Part shown: in pieces, positions 52,418 to 62,343 of the stretch
Layout: each line of letters starts with the position of its first letter
How positions within the stretch are numbered: the stretch's first letter is position 1
Source: Waterburya sp.
GTDB lineage: Bacteria; Cyanobacteriota; Cyanobacteriia; Cyanobacteriales; Xenococcaceae
Length of the DNA: 64,000 nucleotides
Direction: 5' to 3'
Assembly: GCA_965217895.1 (NCBI GenBank)
Contig: CBDCJV010000002.1
Coordinates: 2,848,001-2,912,000, forward strand
Notes under the pieces: model-generated
The model's database searches: none
The model's input: the letters and a program-made list of their open reading frames with translations, nothing else
What the model was told of the DNA's origin: nothing
Translations under genes and position numbers: made by a program

Positions 52418-53374
52418 ATGCTCAAGGATGCTAGTCATAGACAAGTAGTTCAAAAATTCTCATTTATTCAAAGCTTAAATTTATCTCGCAAAGTAAATGA
52501 GAATCAAACTAGTGTCAATCGAGCTGCAATTTCTCAGCTAAAAGATCCAAATTCTACGACGATGGTAGCAGCAGCTACCATCGATACAAGCTGGTATGGG
52601 TCAGATGTTGATACTGATTCCTCTGGCTTAAATTTGGCAGAAATAGTTAAATATTCTGCTTTAGATAATTCAACTGATGCTTATCAGCCAAAAAATCATA
52701 ATTATCTGGGTAAAATTTTATTTTCTCTTGCTGTAAGCTATTGCCTATTTGTTCTCTGGTGGTTATTTGGGCATCAGGTCAATCAGCTTTTGACTACCTG
52801 GACAGGGGGTAAATACTTTACTATCTCCAAATCTGACGAGGAATTTATCAATTATGCAGAGCGATCGCTCGAAGTGATAGATCGTCAGCTAGAAACCAGC
52901 AAAACTAAAGCAGATAAGGAAGAGCAGATAGTCTACGTACCTGTGTATACCCCGCCTACTACCCCTAGTCTTCCTCCAGTATCTAATTTACCTTTAACCG
53001 CATCCAGTAACGATACACCTCAGATTCCTGAACCTGCTGCTGATGAGCCTCTAAAAATCCCCGCACCGCCACCACTTCCCCCTGCAACGCCGATTGAATC
53101 AGAATCAGCTAGTCCACCTGAGAGTGAAAAAAGTGAACAAGTTGCTGTCCAACCAACTCCTCAACCAGCTATAAAATATACATTGATTGGGATTTTAGAA
53201 TTGGGAGCAAATAAATCCGCAGCACTAGTTAAAGTTGATGGTCAAACTCAACGTGTCTGGGTAGGTGAAAAAATCAATAATGATGGTTGGATCTTAGAAT
53301 CAGTGGGAAATGAGTCAGCTAATATTAGCTATCAAGGACAAATTCGCTCTATCTCTGTAGGAGAAACGTTCTAA
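52418..53374 (+). CDS. Membrane protein with Pro-rich linker and C-terminal GspC/PilP-like beta domain
   Basis: One TM, PP-rich linker, TLIGILELG..SAAL...RV.VGE...GW.L. Confidence 0.6.
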   Translation: MLKDASHRQVVQKFSFIQSLNLSRKVNENQTSVNRAAISQLKDPNSTTMVAAATIDTSWYGSDVDTDSSGLNLAEIVKYSALDNSTDAYQPKNHNYLGKILFSLAVSYCLFVLWWLFGHQVNQLLTTWTGGKYFTISKSDEEFINYAERSLEVIDRQLETSKTKADKEEQIVYVPVYTPPTTPSLPPVSNLPLTASSNDTPQIPEPAADEPLKIPAPPPLPPATPIESESASPPESEKSEQVAVQPTPQPAIKYTLIGILELGANKSAALVKVDGQTQRVWVGEKINNDGWILESVGNESANISYQGQIRSISVGETF

Positions 53375-53421
53375 GATATTAATTGAACTATGGGCGTTTT
53401 TAGTACCTAAATAAAAGCAAA

Positions 53422-53994
53422 ATGGGTTTATTTGACGACATCAATCAATTCTTAGAAGAGCGACTTGACGAATTTCTGCGTAACAATCCTCATTTAGAAT
53501 TTCAGGCGATTGAAGAACAATTAAGAGAGCAAGAGCGAGATACTATCAAATTGATTGCCAAGCTACAGCTTGAAGAGAAAAGCCTGCAAAGCCAAATATT
53601 AGAAACTGCCGAAAATATCCAAGCTTGGCACAAAAGAATTGGTAAAGCTGAGGCAGCTAAAAGACAAGATCTGGCTGATGCTGCTAGAGAAAGAGAGGCT
53701 GAATTACTCAGACAAGGCAATCAAGTTTGGGGACAAATGGAAGGAGTAAAGCAGCGCATTGTTCAAGCACAAGAACTTTTGCATAAGGTCAAGCAAAAGC
53801 ACCAGGAAATGAAAACCCAGTCAACTCAGGCAAAAACTTCCGCAACTGCCAATAATTATTCTAGTGATACTATAGGCTGGGATCGCGGTGCTAATGCCCC
53901 TCAATATAACCGTGGTGCAGATCCCCTAGAGGCAGAATTTCAAAAATGGGAAGTGGACGAAGAATTAGAAAGAATTAAAAGAAATATGAAATAA
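53422..53994 (+). CDS. TIGR04376 family coiled-coil (PspA-like) protein
   Basis: MGLFDD..FLE.RLDEFLRNNPHLE; DPLEAEFQKWE. Confidence 0.8.
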   Translation: MGLFDDINQFLEERLDEFLRNNPHLEFQAIEEQLREQERDTIKLIAKLQLEEKSLQSQILETAENIQAWHKRIGKAEAAKRQDLADAAREREAELLRQGNQVWGQMEGVKQRIVQAQELLHKVKQKHQEMKTQSTQAKTSATANNYSSDTIGWDRGANAPQYNRGADPLEAEFQKWEVDEELERIKRNMK

Positions 53995-54040
53995 GCATAG
54001 TCATTGCAATTAATTTTTGCAGGTTTGTCTGTAATGGAGG

Positions 54041-54331
54041 TTAGAGGTCAGATTGTGAATCTTGAGAAAATTCGGGTAAATTTGAAGTCTTGTTTCTGCA
54101 TTCTTCTAAAACACCAACCTGATTAATTAGAGTTGCAGTTTGATATAAAGCATCGTCAGTTGCCGACTCTTGACGAAACATTGCCATTATTCCTTTTTCA
54201 TAGTTAGATGCGATCGCTAAAAAAGCTCCAGCTAATATATAAAGAGGCAAAGGCATTATAAACTGCTTTAACCAAATACTAAACTCAGCCAACACAAACA
54301 AAATCCCTACACCAATCAACCAAGCTTTCAT
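54041..54331 (-). CDS. Hypothetical small membrane protein
   Basis: Two TMs, PLYILAGAFLAIASNY. Confidence 0.65.
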   Translation of the reverse strand: MKAWLIGVGILFVLAEFSIWLKQFIMPLPLYILAGAFLAIASNYEKGIMAMFRQESATDDALYQTATLINQVGVLEECRNKTSNLPEFSQDSQSDL

Positions 54332-54406
54332 ATTTACCGTTCTCTATTGTTAGATCGAATGCTTGAAATATTCATTGTTAATTGCTCATTGTTCATTGTC
54401 AATTGT

Positions 54407-54907
54407 TCACCATCCCCACGTTCCTGATTCTCCTTTAAACGGTCCAACTATATCTTGAGTTATCCAACCACCATAAAAATCTCCTGCTTGCGCCTTGACT
54501 AGCTCATCATCGACATAACAGGCATCCATTTTACTCGGATAAAAAGCCAAATAGTCTTTAATTGGCGCAAAATAATCCGTTGGCGAACTATAGTACCAAG
54601 CTGCATTTTGTACCTGCTTATCTCCTACAGTCAAATTGTAATAGCTAGCTAACCCTTTCCATTCACAAAAAGAGCTTTTAGAATTGGCAAGCTCAAGATA
54701 TTCGGTTTTAATATCTACGGGAGGAATATAGTAAACAGGAGGATGACTAGTTTCTAACACACGATAAGCGTTACCGCTATCGGCAATAGTAATGTCATTA
54801 AAAATGATTCTAATTTGTTTTGGCGATTGCTCTAGAAGTGGCGGACGAGGATAATCCCAGACAGATTCTTGTCCTGGCTTCGGTTCAATACGCTGTAGAT
54901 GATTCAT
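54407..54907 (-). CDS. DUF427 family protein
   Basis: ESVWDYPRPP, LETSHPPVYYIP, CEWKG. Confidence 0.9.
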   Translation of the reverse strand: MNHLQRIEPKPGQESVWDYPRPPLLEQSPKQIRIIFNDITIADSGNAYRVLETSHPPVYYIPPVDIKTEYLELANSKSSFCEWKGLASYYNLTVGDKQVQNAAWYYSSPTDYFAPIKDYLAFYPSKMDACYVDDELVKAQAGDFYGGWITQDIVGPFKGESGTWGW

Positions 54908-54924
54908 TAGTAATTGATAATTGA

Positions 54925-56169
54925 TTATCCTTGAACTATTTGCTTGATGGTTGTAAAGGTTTCTACACTAATTAAACCTTGACGATATCCTTTTTGATTG
55001 GACATTCCTAAAAACACATCTTCTCCCCCTTCAGGATTACGAGAAAATCTAGGTGAAGTGTTGATATAAACCAAAGCACTATCAATCCCTTGAACAAATT
55101 GACGACCCTCTTGATAGGATTCTGTCACAATACAGTCAGCATGACCACTGCTGTAACGATTTATCCAAGATACGGCTTTGGATAAGTTATCTACAAAGCG
55201 AAATGCTACTATTTTTCGTAAATAAGGTCTTCCCCATTCTTCAGACTTCATTAACTTTAGGTATTCAGGAAACTCGTTTACCAACACCTCATCTCCTCGT
55301 AGCCTAAACCCTTTTTGCTGAAGACTATTAAACAAAGACTCTAATGCAGAAGGTTTAATATTCTGATTGATCAATACCTTTTCAATCGCATTAACTGCAT
55401 CTGGTTCACTATCATGACTGTCTACAATTACCTGGCGAATCAATTCTAAATCTCCGCTGAGTGACCAATATAAATAACAATTGCCAATCGTAGTTCTTAG
55501 TACCGTTGCCGTTGCTTTTTCTGCCACCTGCTGCACCAAACTAGGACGACCATAAGGAATTACTAAATTAAGATGGCGATCTTGGGTGACTAAATCTTGA
55601 ACGGAGATCCCTGAATCTGGAGAGATAGTTTCAATCGAGCTTGGAGGCAAGTCTGTATTAGCCAAAGCTTTTTTTAAAACAGCCGCAATGACTTGATTGG
55701 AATTGCTGGCAACACCACAGCCTCTAACTATCAAGCTGTTACCTGTTTTGAGGCACATTCCTGCTGCGATCGCTGCAAGTTCGGGAAAAGCTTCATGTAC
55801 TAAAGCGATTGTTCCCAAAGGTATTAGCTGACAATAAGTTTGAGATGGCTCTAGCTGGTAGGGAGCGTTGATTAAGCGTCGTGTCGGATCTGCCGATTTT
55901 GATAGCTGTTGCAAAATAGAAACAGTCATTTCTAATCTCTCTGGAGTCAACTTTAGCCAATCAACAACTGGTTCGGCGATCGCCATCTCTCGACTCATTT
56001 CTAAGTCTAAAGTATTGGCTTCAAGTATTTGATCGAAACTGTCTTCCATTAACTCTGCCAATGCTGACACACCCAGCCTTCTTTTAGCTGCCGATGTTTG
56101 AGCCAGTATAGCGGCGGCTCGGTTAGATTCTCGAACTATAGTCAGCAGTTGGTTGGATGAACTTTGCAT
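54925..56169 (-). CDS. Gamma-glutamyl phosphate reductase-like paralog lacking catalytic Cys
   Basis: ILEANTLDL, PLG, LKTGN, IPYGRP, YSSGHAD; PDAVNAIEK at the catalytic position. Confidence 0.85.
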   Translation of the reverse strand: MQSSSNQLLTIVRESNRAAAILAQTSAAKRRLGVSALAELMEDSFDQILEANTLDLEMSREMAIAEPVVDWLKLTPERLEMTVSILQQLSKSADPTRRLINAPYQLEPSQTYCQLIPLGTIALVHEAFPELAAIAAGMCLKTGNSLIVRGCGVASNSNQVIAAVLKKALANTDLPPSSIETISPDSGISVQDLVTQDRHLNLVIPYGRPSLVQQVAEKATATVLRTTIGNCYLYWSLSGDLELIRQVIVDSHDSEPDAVNAIEKVLINQNIKPSALESLFNSLQQKGFRLRGDEVLVNEFPEYLKLMKSEEWGRPYLRKIVAFRFVDNLSKAVSWINRYSSGHADCIVTESYQEGRQFVQGIDSALVYINTSPRFSRNPEGGEDVFLGMSNQKGYRQGLISVETFTTIKQIVQG

Positions 56170-56179
56170 TGCTTTTTTG

Positions 56180-56590
56180 TTAATGCCGATAGACTACAAA
56201 CAGTGCCATTAGCAGCAGTATGATTAAAATTAAAAATGATACCGCCCAAGAAATGATACTCTGGGTACTCAGCCAGCGCAACATTATAGGTAACACAACC
56301 ACTGCTATAAAGGTTGAGATGCTTAATATGAGTATTTTTGCTAGATAGTTTTGTGTCCAAATATCATAGGCACTTTTCCAGCGGTGTCCTGTCCACCGCC
56401 AAGATTTTTTTTGATACATTGAGGCTAATTGCTCAATTACCTGACCATCTTTTTTGATCTCAAAAATTTGTTGACAGCGATCGCAGCCTAAAGCTTCAGT
56501 CAACACGATCGGCTTAAGATTGCCTTTACGTCTGCAAGGACAAGGATATTCGCTACTTGAATCTATTTTCTGTATTTTGTGAGAGCGCAC
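56180..56590 (-). CDS. Zn-ribbon plus two-TM hypothetical protein
   Basis: YPCPC...LTEALGCDRCQQIF, WRWTG..W. Confidence 0.75.
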   Translation of the reverse strand: MRSHKIQKIDSSSEYPCPCRRKGNLKPIVLTEALGCDRCQQIFEIKKDGQVIEQLASMYQKKSWRWTGHRWKSAYDIWTQNYLAKILILSISTFIAVVVLPIMLRWLSTQSIISWAVSFLILIILLLMALFVVYRH

Positions 56591-56926
56591 TGGAGTTGAT
56601 TTAAGTTAGGAAAAGTTAATTGTTCGATCTAATTTGATAACTATCTATTAAAGATAAATATATTATCTTCCACTATTGTCTTAACACTCTTCAACTTTAT
56701 TTTTATTTTAATGAAGCCGTAGGATTTAATAGCCTCTTGCTTAACTTAAATTCTTGATATTTTTCTTAACGAGAGCTTATAAATAGCTCTTGATTTCAGA
56801 CTGGTTACAAAAAGCATTATACCAAATCCGATTGATAAAGGTAACGATCAATTTACTGACTTCTGGCTTGAAAAGCAGATAAATTATCTATACGAACAGG
56901 ATTTAGTATTATCTTCTGCTTTAAAT

Positions 56927-58597
56927 TTATGCGCCGACTTCAGCTAGATAGCGATGAACAAACATAATGGCAATTGACCCTTCCCCCACTCCAGAAGCTA
57001 CCCGTTTAACTGAATTATGTCGGACATCTCCCGCCACAAAAATACCAGGAACACTAGTTTCTAATAAAAAAGGATCGCGATCGCGATTCCAGCCTTTAAA
57101 ATGCTCGCTTTTCTTAAGATCCGCCCCTGCATAGATAAAGCCTCGTTCATCTTTTGCCACTAACCCATCTAACCATTCGGTTTCAGGTTTAGCCCCAATA
57201 AAAACAAATAGAGAATTGGTTTCTACCTGTTCGGTTTCCCCTGTTTGATTATACAGCAAAGTCAATCCTGTCAGGCTATTTTCTCCCTGTACTTCGGTAA
57301 CTTCGGTATGGTTTAATACTTCAATGTTATCGGTGGCATCTATTTGATCGATAAGATACTGAGACATACTTTTAGTTAAAGAGTCTCCCCTAACTAGCAT
57401 CGAAACTTTAGCAGCATACTGAGAAAAATACATGGCTGCTTGTCCTGCTGAATTTGCCCCGCCAATGAGATAAATATGTTCATCTTGACAAGACAAAGCC
57501 TCGGTTTTGGCTGCACCATAATAAATACCTCTACCCGTCAGGCGATCGCATCCAGGCAAATTTAATCTACGCCAATATACTCCCGTTGCCAGTAACAAAG
57601 CATGACAGTTGATTTCGCTACCGTCAGCTAACTTAACAAGGCGATAGGGGTCTTCTAGCCTTACCTGTACAACCTCCTGGGGAGTAAGGATTTCTACCCC
57701 AAACCGTCTGGCTTGAGTAACGCCTCTTCTGGCTAAATCGTCACCGCTTAAGCCCACAGGGAAACCGAGATAGTTTTCAATTCGAGAACTTGAACCTGCC
57801 TGTCCACCAGGGGCAGAACGTTCGATCATTACCGTACTCAAGCCTTCTGATGCCCCATATACTGCTGCTGCCAAACCCGCAGGGCCTCCACCGACAATTA
57901 CTAAGTCATAAAAGGGTTTCTCCGCTTGAGTTTGTAGCCCGATTTTTTCGGCAACTTCTAGGTTACTAGGCTGTTCTAACTTATCGCCGTTGGCAAACAA
58001 TACCAGAGGAAGTTTAGGCTGGCTATCTTGATGGGATACATATTCAATTAGCTTAGTTGCTTCTGGTTCAATTTCTACATCCAGCCACTGATAGGGAATC
58101 TGGTTACGTGCCAAAAAGTCTTTCACATTATGGGAACAGGGCGACCAGCGATCGCCAATTACTCTAATTCCTTCAAATGCAGGACGATATACCGCTAACC
58201 AATCTTCTAATAAATCATCTAAGACAGGATATAGCTTTTCTTCTGGAGGATCCCAAGGCTTAAGGAGATAATAATCTAGTCGGGCGGTATTAATCGCCTC
58301 AATTGCAGCATTAGTGTCGGCATAGGCTGTGAGTAATACCCGTTTAGCTTTCAGAAACATCGGTGCCGCTTTTTCAATAAACTCCACCCCGCTCATTTCG
58401 GGCATTCTTTGATCGGTGAGGAACAAAGCTACTGTTTCATTGCGTAACTTAAGCTGTTCTAAAGCCTCAATTGCCGATGCCCCAGAGTTAGCGCGAACAA
58501 TGCGAAAGCGATCGCCATATTGCTTTCTTAAGTCACGAGCGATCGCCTGTAGTACTTCTAAATCGTCATCGACGGTTAAAATTGTTGGTTTAGCCAT
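56927..58597 (-). CDS. Receiver-domain-fused TrxB-like FAD oxidoreductase
   Basis: VDDD/LTDQRMP/LLKPW receiver; GGGPAGL, IENYLGFP, GGANSAGQ, AGDVR. Confidence 0.9.
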   Translation of the reverse strand: MAKPTILTVDDDLEVLQAIARDLRKQYGDRFRIVRANSGASAIEALEQLKLRNETVALFLTDQRMPEMSGVEFIEKAAPMFLKAKRVLLTAYADTNAAIEAINTARLDYYLLKPWDPPEEKLYPVLDDLLEDWLAVYRPAFEGIRVIGDRWSPCSHNVKDFLARNQIPYQWLDVEIEPEATKLIEYVSHQDSQPKLPLVLFANGDKLEQPSNLEVAEKIGLQTQAEKPFYDLVIVGGGPAGLAAAVYGASEGLSTVMIERSAPGGQAGSSSRIENYLGFPVGLSGDDLARRGVTQARRFGVEILTPQEVVQVRLEDPYRLVKLADGSEINCHALLLATGVYWRRLNLPGCDRLTGRGIYYGAAKTEALSCQDEHIYLIGGANSAGQAAMYFSQYAAKVSMLVRGDSLTKSMSQYLIDQIDATDNIEVLNHTEVTEVQGENSLTGLTLLYNQTGETEQVETNSLFVFIGAKPETEWLDGLVAKDERGFIYAGADLKKSEHFKGWNRDRDPFLLETSVPGIFVAGDVRHNSVKRVASGVGEGSIAIMFVHRYLAEVGA

Positions 58598-58599
58598 TT

Positions 58600-58680
58600 T
58601 AAAGGGATGAAGGCGAAAGGATGAGGCATGAGGAAATATAGCGATTGTATCGTAGGGACGATTCGCGAATCGCCCTTACA
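58600..58680. repeat. Heptamer STRR plus GTAG-type REP
   Basis: ggatgaa/ggcgaaa/ggatgag; GTAGGGACGATTCGCGAATCGCCCTTAC. Confidence 0.6.
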
Positions 58681-58684
58681 AGAT

Positions 58685-59314
58685 CTACACCGTACAAACT
58701 ACTTCATAGAGATGATATTCATTATCGGCAATACCATCCCAATAAGGTTGATCTTTGCCAAATCCAGGTTGTTTTGTTAGTTCTTCGATGGCTTCTTTGC
58801 TTTCCCACTGCCCATAGTTAATCACGCGAGTACCGTCTAAACTACGGTGAAAAGTAGCGGAAATTAATCCTGGCTGTTCCATGGCAGATTTAACATGGCT
58901 TTTAGCTAATTCTATCATTTTCGGCTGATTGGCTGGCTGCATACCAAATTCAGCAAAATGAACGATGTATTCTCCTTCTTTTATTTCAGGCGTACCTACT
59001 TTTGATTCTGAAGTCACGATTTCATATACGTGGGAATCTGGAGGAGTAAATTCTCGAAGTTTTCCTGCCTGCGACTGTACTTCTTGGTTATTTACAAAAG
59101 ATTGATAAGCATCCATACTTGACCACTGAGCATAGTTAACGACTTTTACTCCGTCAATGCTTTTATGTAAATTAGCTGAAATAAAGCCAGGTTGAGTCTT
59201 AACAGTTTCGAGAAATTTTTTAATCGTGTTAAAAAGTTCTTGCTGCTGTTCGGATTCAACCGTAAAAATAACCATTACGGTAGTCAAACTATTATCCAAA
59301 GAAAGAGTAGCCAT
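58685..59314 (-). CDS. Tandem antibiotic-biosynthesis-monooxygenase (ABM) domain protein
   Basis: Two QPG.IS..H.S.DG..V.NY.QW repeats. Confidence 0.88.
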   Translation of the reverse strand: MATLSLDNSLTTVMVIFTVESEQQQELFNTIKKFLETVKTQPGFISANLHKSIDGVKVVNYAQWSSMDAYQSFVNNQEVQSQAGKLREFTPPDSHVYEIVTSESKVGTPEIKEGEYIVHFAEFGMQPANQPKMIELAKSHVKSAMEQPGLISATFHRSLDGTRVINYGQWESKEAIEELTKQPGFGKDQPYWDGIADNEYHLYEVVCTV

Positions 59315-59388
59315 AATTTAAAGGATAAGGAGTGAAGGGTAAGGGATGAAAATATATTAGCGTAGTTAAAATGCTTAATGTTCAATGC

Positions 59389-60045
59389 TCAATGCTCAAT
59401 GTCAATATCACAGGTAATCAAGCGACCTAAAAAGAAATTAGTCATCTTCGATCCATAGGGAGAATTCCACCAGCGAGAAGGATGACAACCCAACGGCGCA
59501 TTAAGACTAAAATCTAATTCATCACAGGGAAGCCAACGATTATCTTTGCGCCATCCTAAGTGTTCGCCCCAAGTTTCGATTAGCTGTCGGTTTTGCTCAA
59601 GGATAGTATTAAAACCACCGCCCAGTTCTTGATATGTTTTTAACTGAGGACTAAAACCAAAATGACCATCACTGTATTTTATCCATAGGCGATCAATTAC
59701 GATCAAATCATTACAGGGAAAGTGTCGAATGTCTTCGGGAGTCAACTCTTCAATTTCTTTGGCTGTCACCGACAGAATTAATCTGATAGTTTCTTTGTCC
59801 GCTTCAAACCAATTATTTTCAGCTAAATATTGTTGAAGACTTTTATAACGATAGCGATCGCCTAACAACATCAAATCAGCTTCAAACTGAGAGATTTTAG
59901 CTGGTAGTTTGGATACTTCCCCTAAATTATTTTCTAAGTTATCAAAACGGCGGGTTAATTGACTTAACTGTTCTTGAATCGCAGATAGCTGGGTCGTAAG
60001 TTGCTCAACAACTCGATCTTGATTGTCGCTCATCAGTGCATTCAC
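59389..60045 (-). CDS. Coiled-coil plus GUN4-like domain protein
   Basis: W.EADKET, FPCNDL..IDRLW..YSDGHFGFS.Q, AP.GCHP. Confidence 0.85.
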   Translation of the reverse strand: MNALMSDNQDRVVEQLTTQLSAIQEQLSQLTRRFDNLENNLGEVSKLPAKISQFEADLMLLGDRYRYKSLQQYLAENNWFEADKETIRLILSVTAKEIEELTPEDIRHFPCNDLIVIDRLWIKYSDGHFGFSPQLKTYQELGGGFNTILEQNRQLIETWGEHLGWRKDNRWLPCDELDFSLNAPLGCHPSRWWNSPYGSKMTNFFLGRLITCDIDIEH

Positions 60046-60145
60046 TTAAACTTTAGTAAAAGATTAACATTATTGGTCAATAATGAGCAGTCAACAATTC
60101 AATCAAATTCAAAACAAATAAATCAGTTCAGATGAAACGTAATCT

Positions 60146-60580
60146 TTAAGATCGCACTTCTTGAGGTGGCGAAGTCAATCTTGAGAGGGATGGAGGTTGG
60201 TCGATTTCGCTCTTTTGTTTATCTAGCGATAAAGATTTTCCCTCTGCATCGGCACTTTTATCAATTGCCATTAACAAGAGGTGATTTAAAACTGTTCGCA
60301 GTAAAATAATTGCGGCTAGTTGTCCTAGATCGTTCCAGGTTGGTGTAATCGTCGTCTTTAAAATGCTTCCTCCAACCAAAAAACTCAGTCCTAGAGAAAA
60401 AGCATAGCCTAACTCTAATCGACTTCCTTGAAAGGCGATCGCCGAACTAAAATCAGTAAAAATATGCTTACCATAAATAATTAAAGCTTTAATTATGCCT
60501 GTAACGATAATGAACAGTGCTAGTAACTGACATAAACTAACTACCCAATTATTAAGAGTGCTGACTAGATGTATAAACAT
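60146..60580 (-). CDS. DUF1622 family membrane protein
   Basis: RLELG....LGL.FLVG..IL.T...PTW.DLG.LAAI..LRT.LN. Confidence 0.85.
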   Translation of the reverse strand: MFIHLVSTLNNWVVSLCQLLALFIIVTGIIKALIIYGKHIFTDFSSAIAFQGSRLELGYAFSLGLSFLVGGSILKTTITPTWNDLGQLAAIILLRTVLNHLLLMAIDKSADAEGKSLSLDKQKSEIDQPPSLSRLTSPPQEVRS

Positions 60581-60663
60581 TGTTGTTTTTTATTTGATTA
60601 ACCCGTCTTTGGCGATACTTTTAATTATCGGCTGTTCTAGTAAAATAACTAAAAACTAAATAT

Positions 60664-61500
60664 ATGCTGACTCAATGGGACTATTTTCTCAAAAATTTAG
60701 GTGAATGGCACGGCTCGTTTACTCGTTTTTCACCTCAAGGGGAAAAGCTAACAGATACTCCTACTTTAGTTACCTTAGAAGGACTAAATGATAATAAAAA
60801 TGTTCACCAGGTAGTCCGCTATCTACCACCAGATGAACCTAGTCGTGATGTAGTGGTAGATTATGACTCTCTTAATCGCAGTATTATTTTCTTTGCTAAT
60901 GGTGCTTTCTCTCAGGGAAGTATGCAGTGGAGTCCTTACAGCACTTTCGGCGGTGAGTTTGGCTTAATTGATAATGATTTTGGCGATGGCACTCGTAGAC
61001 TGCGAATGGTAGAACTTTATAATAGTGCTTCTGAGTTAGACAAGGTAGTGCTAATTAGGGAAAAGCTGCCCAACAGCAACGTTCCTCAAAGATCAGCTTT
61101 AACCGTTGCTAGTTTAATAGGAGAATGGCAGGGAGAGGCAACCACTATGTATGCCGATCTGCGAAATCCCGATACCTTTACTAGCTACTTAAAGATCGAG
61201 CAAAAAGACAGTGAGCATCTAGAACAGAGTTTGTCTTTTGGCGATCGCACCATAAGCTCCATTGCCAGAATAGAAAACTCCAAATTATTATTTGAAAATA
61301 GCAGTTTACCAACCCAAGTTTTGCTGCTACCTGATGGGGCATCCTGCAATTGCCCTTTGAAAATTCAACTCGGTCACAATTTTGTCCTAGAAATGGGATG
61401 GTTGCTCAAACCAGATATTAGACAAAGAATTATCCGTAGCTACAACGAGAAAGGTAACTGGGTTAGCTGTACCTTAGTCACAGAAAAAAAGGTTAGATGA
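60664..61500 (+). CDS. DUF3598 family protein
   Basis: QWDYFLKNLGEWHGSFT, GAFSQGS, LLLPDG, R.IRSY. Confidence 0.85.
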   Translation: MLTQWDYFLKNLGEWHGSFTRFSPQGEKLTDTPTLVTLEGLNDNKNVHQVVRYLPPDEPSRDVVVDYDSLNRSIIFFANGAFSQGSMQWSPYSTFGGEFGLIDNDFGDGTRRLRMVELYNSASELDKVVLIREKLPNSNVPQRSALTVASLIGEWQGEATTMYADLRNPDTFTSYLKIEQKDSEHLEQSLSFGDRTISSIARIENSKLLFENSSLPTQVLLLPDGASCNCPLKIQLGHNFVLEMGWLLKPDIRQRIIRSYNEKGNWVSCTLVTEKKVR

Positions 61501-61542
61501 CTTTTTATTAATTATTTCGCAACAAGTCTAATTAACAATTAA

Positions 61543-62193
61543 TTAGGTTTGAGAGTCAATTACCGAACTCCAGTCATCGTTTTTGACTGCTGCTTCTAAT
61601 TGGTGACGGCGTTTGATTTCGACCTCGCTTTGTATAGCTTGTGATGTCAATTCATCGGTTAAGGTGGCATCTGCCATTGCTTTACGTAGCTTTAATTTCT
61701 TATCTTCATAGGCATCACGTTCGGCATTGGTCATAGCAGCTTTGGCTGCTTCACCAATTGTCCGCGCCCAAGTTCCTTGTTCGCCAGTATTTCCAGTGGG
61801 AGTATAGTTAATTTCTGCTATCCACTCATTTTTAAGTGCTTCCATTGCTTGACGTTTGGGAAACTTAAAAGTTTGAACCCGAACAAAAGTACATACTTGA
61901 GTCCCGTTTTGAGCAATATGTCCCCTAAGAGAACGTAAAACATCTCTAGAATAACCAACATACTGATAAACGCGATCGCTATTTAAAACTGCATAAACTC
62001 CAGCAACTTTAGCATTTCCTGCTTGTTTTTCCCATGCGGATAAAGCAACTATGGCTGTTCCATCAGACTGCGGGACAACGGTAGAGGCATCAGCAGTATG
62101 CTCATGGTCAGAACTATATAAAAAGCTATGCAAACCTTGATGAGCAGTAGGAACGTTTTGATGTTCGATGGGAGTATTTTTTTCAGATTCCAC
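61543..62193 (-). CDS. GIY-YIG domain protein
   Basis: GVYAV...QYVGYSR..R...H, P.GN. Confidence 0.8.
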   Translation of the reverse strand: MESEKNTPIEHQNVPTAHQGLHSFLYSSDHEHTADASTVVPQSDGTAIVALSAWEKQAGNAKVAGVYAVLNSDRVYQYVGYSRDVLRSLRGHIAQNGTQVCTFVRVQTFKFPKRQAMEALKNEWIAEINYTPTGNTGEQGTWARTIGEAAKAAMTNAERDAYEDKKLKLRKAMADATLTDELTSQAIQSEVEIKRRHQLEAAVKNDDWSSVIDSQT

Positions 62194-62343
62194 AGCTATA
62201 GTCTTGGTAAAGATCTATTGATTATCCTACCCGTATATAGCTCGACAAAACCTTTCTAGATAAGAATTGTAATTTAATTTATGGCGTTGCCGATTACAGA
62301 TTTGCCATAAAAAAGACTAGAGAGAATTACAGCAAACGTTTCT

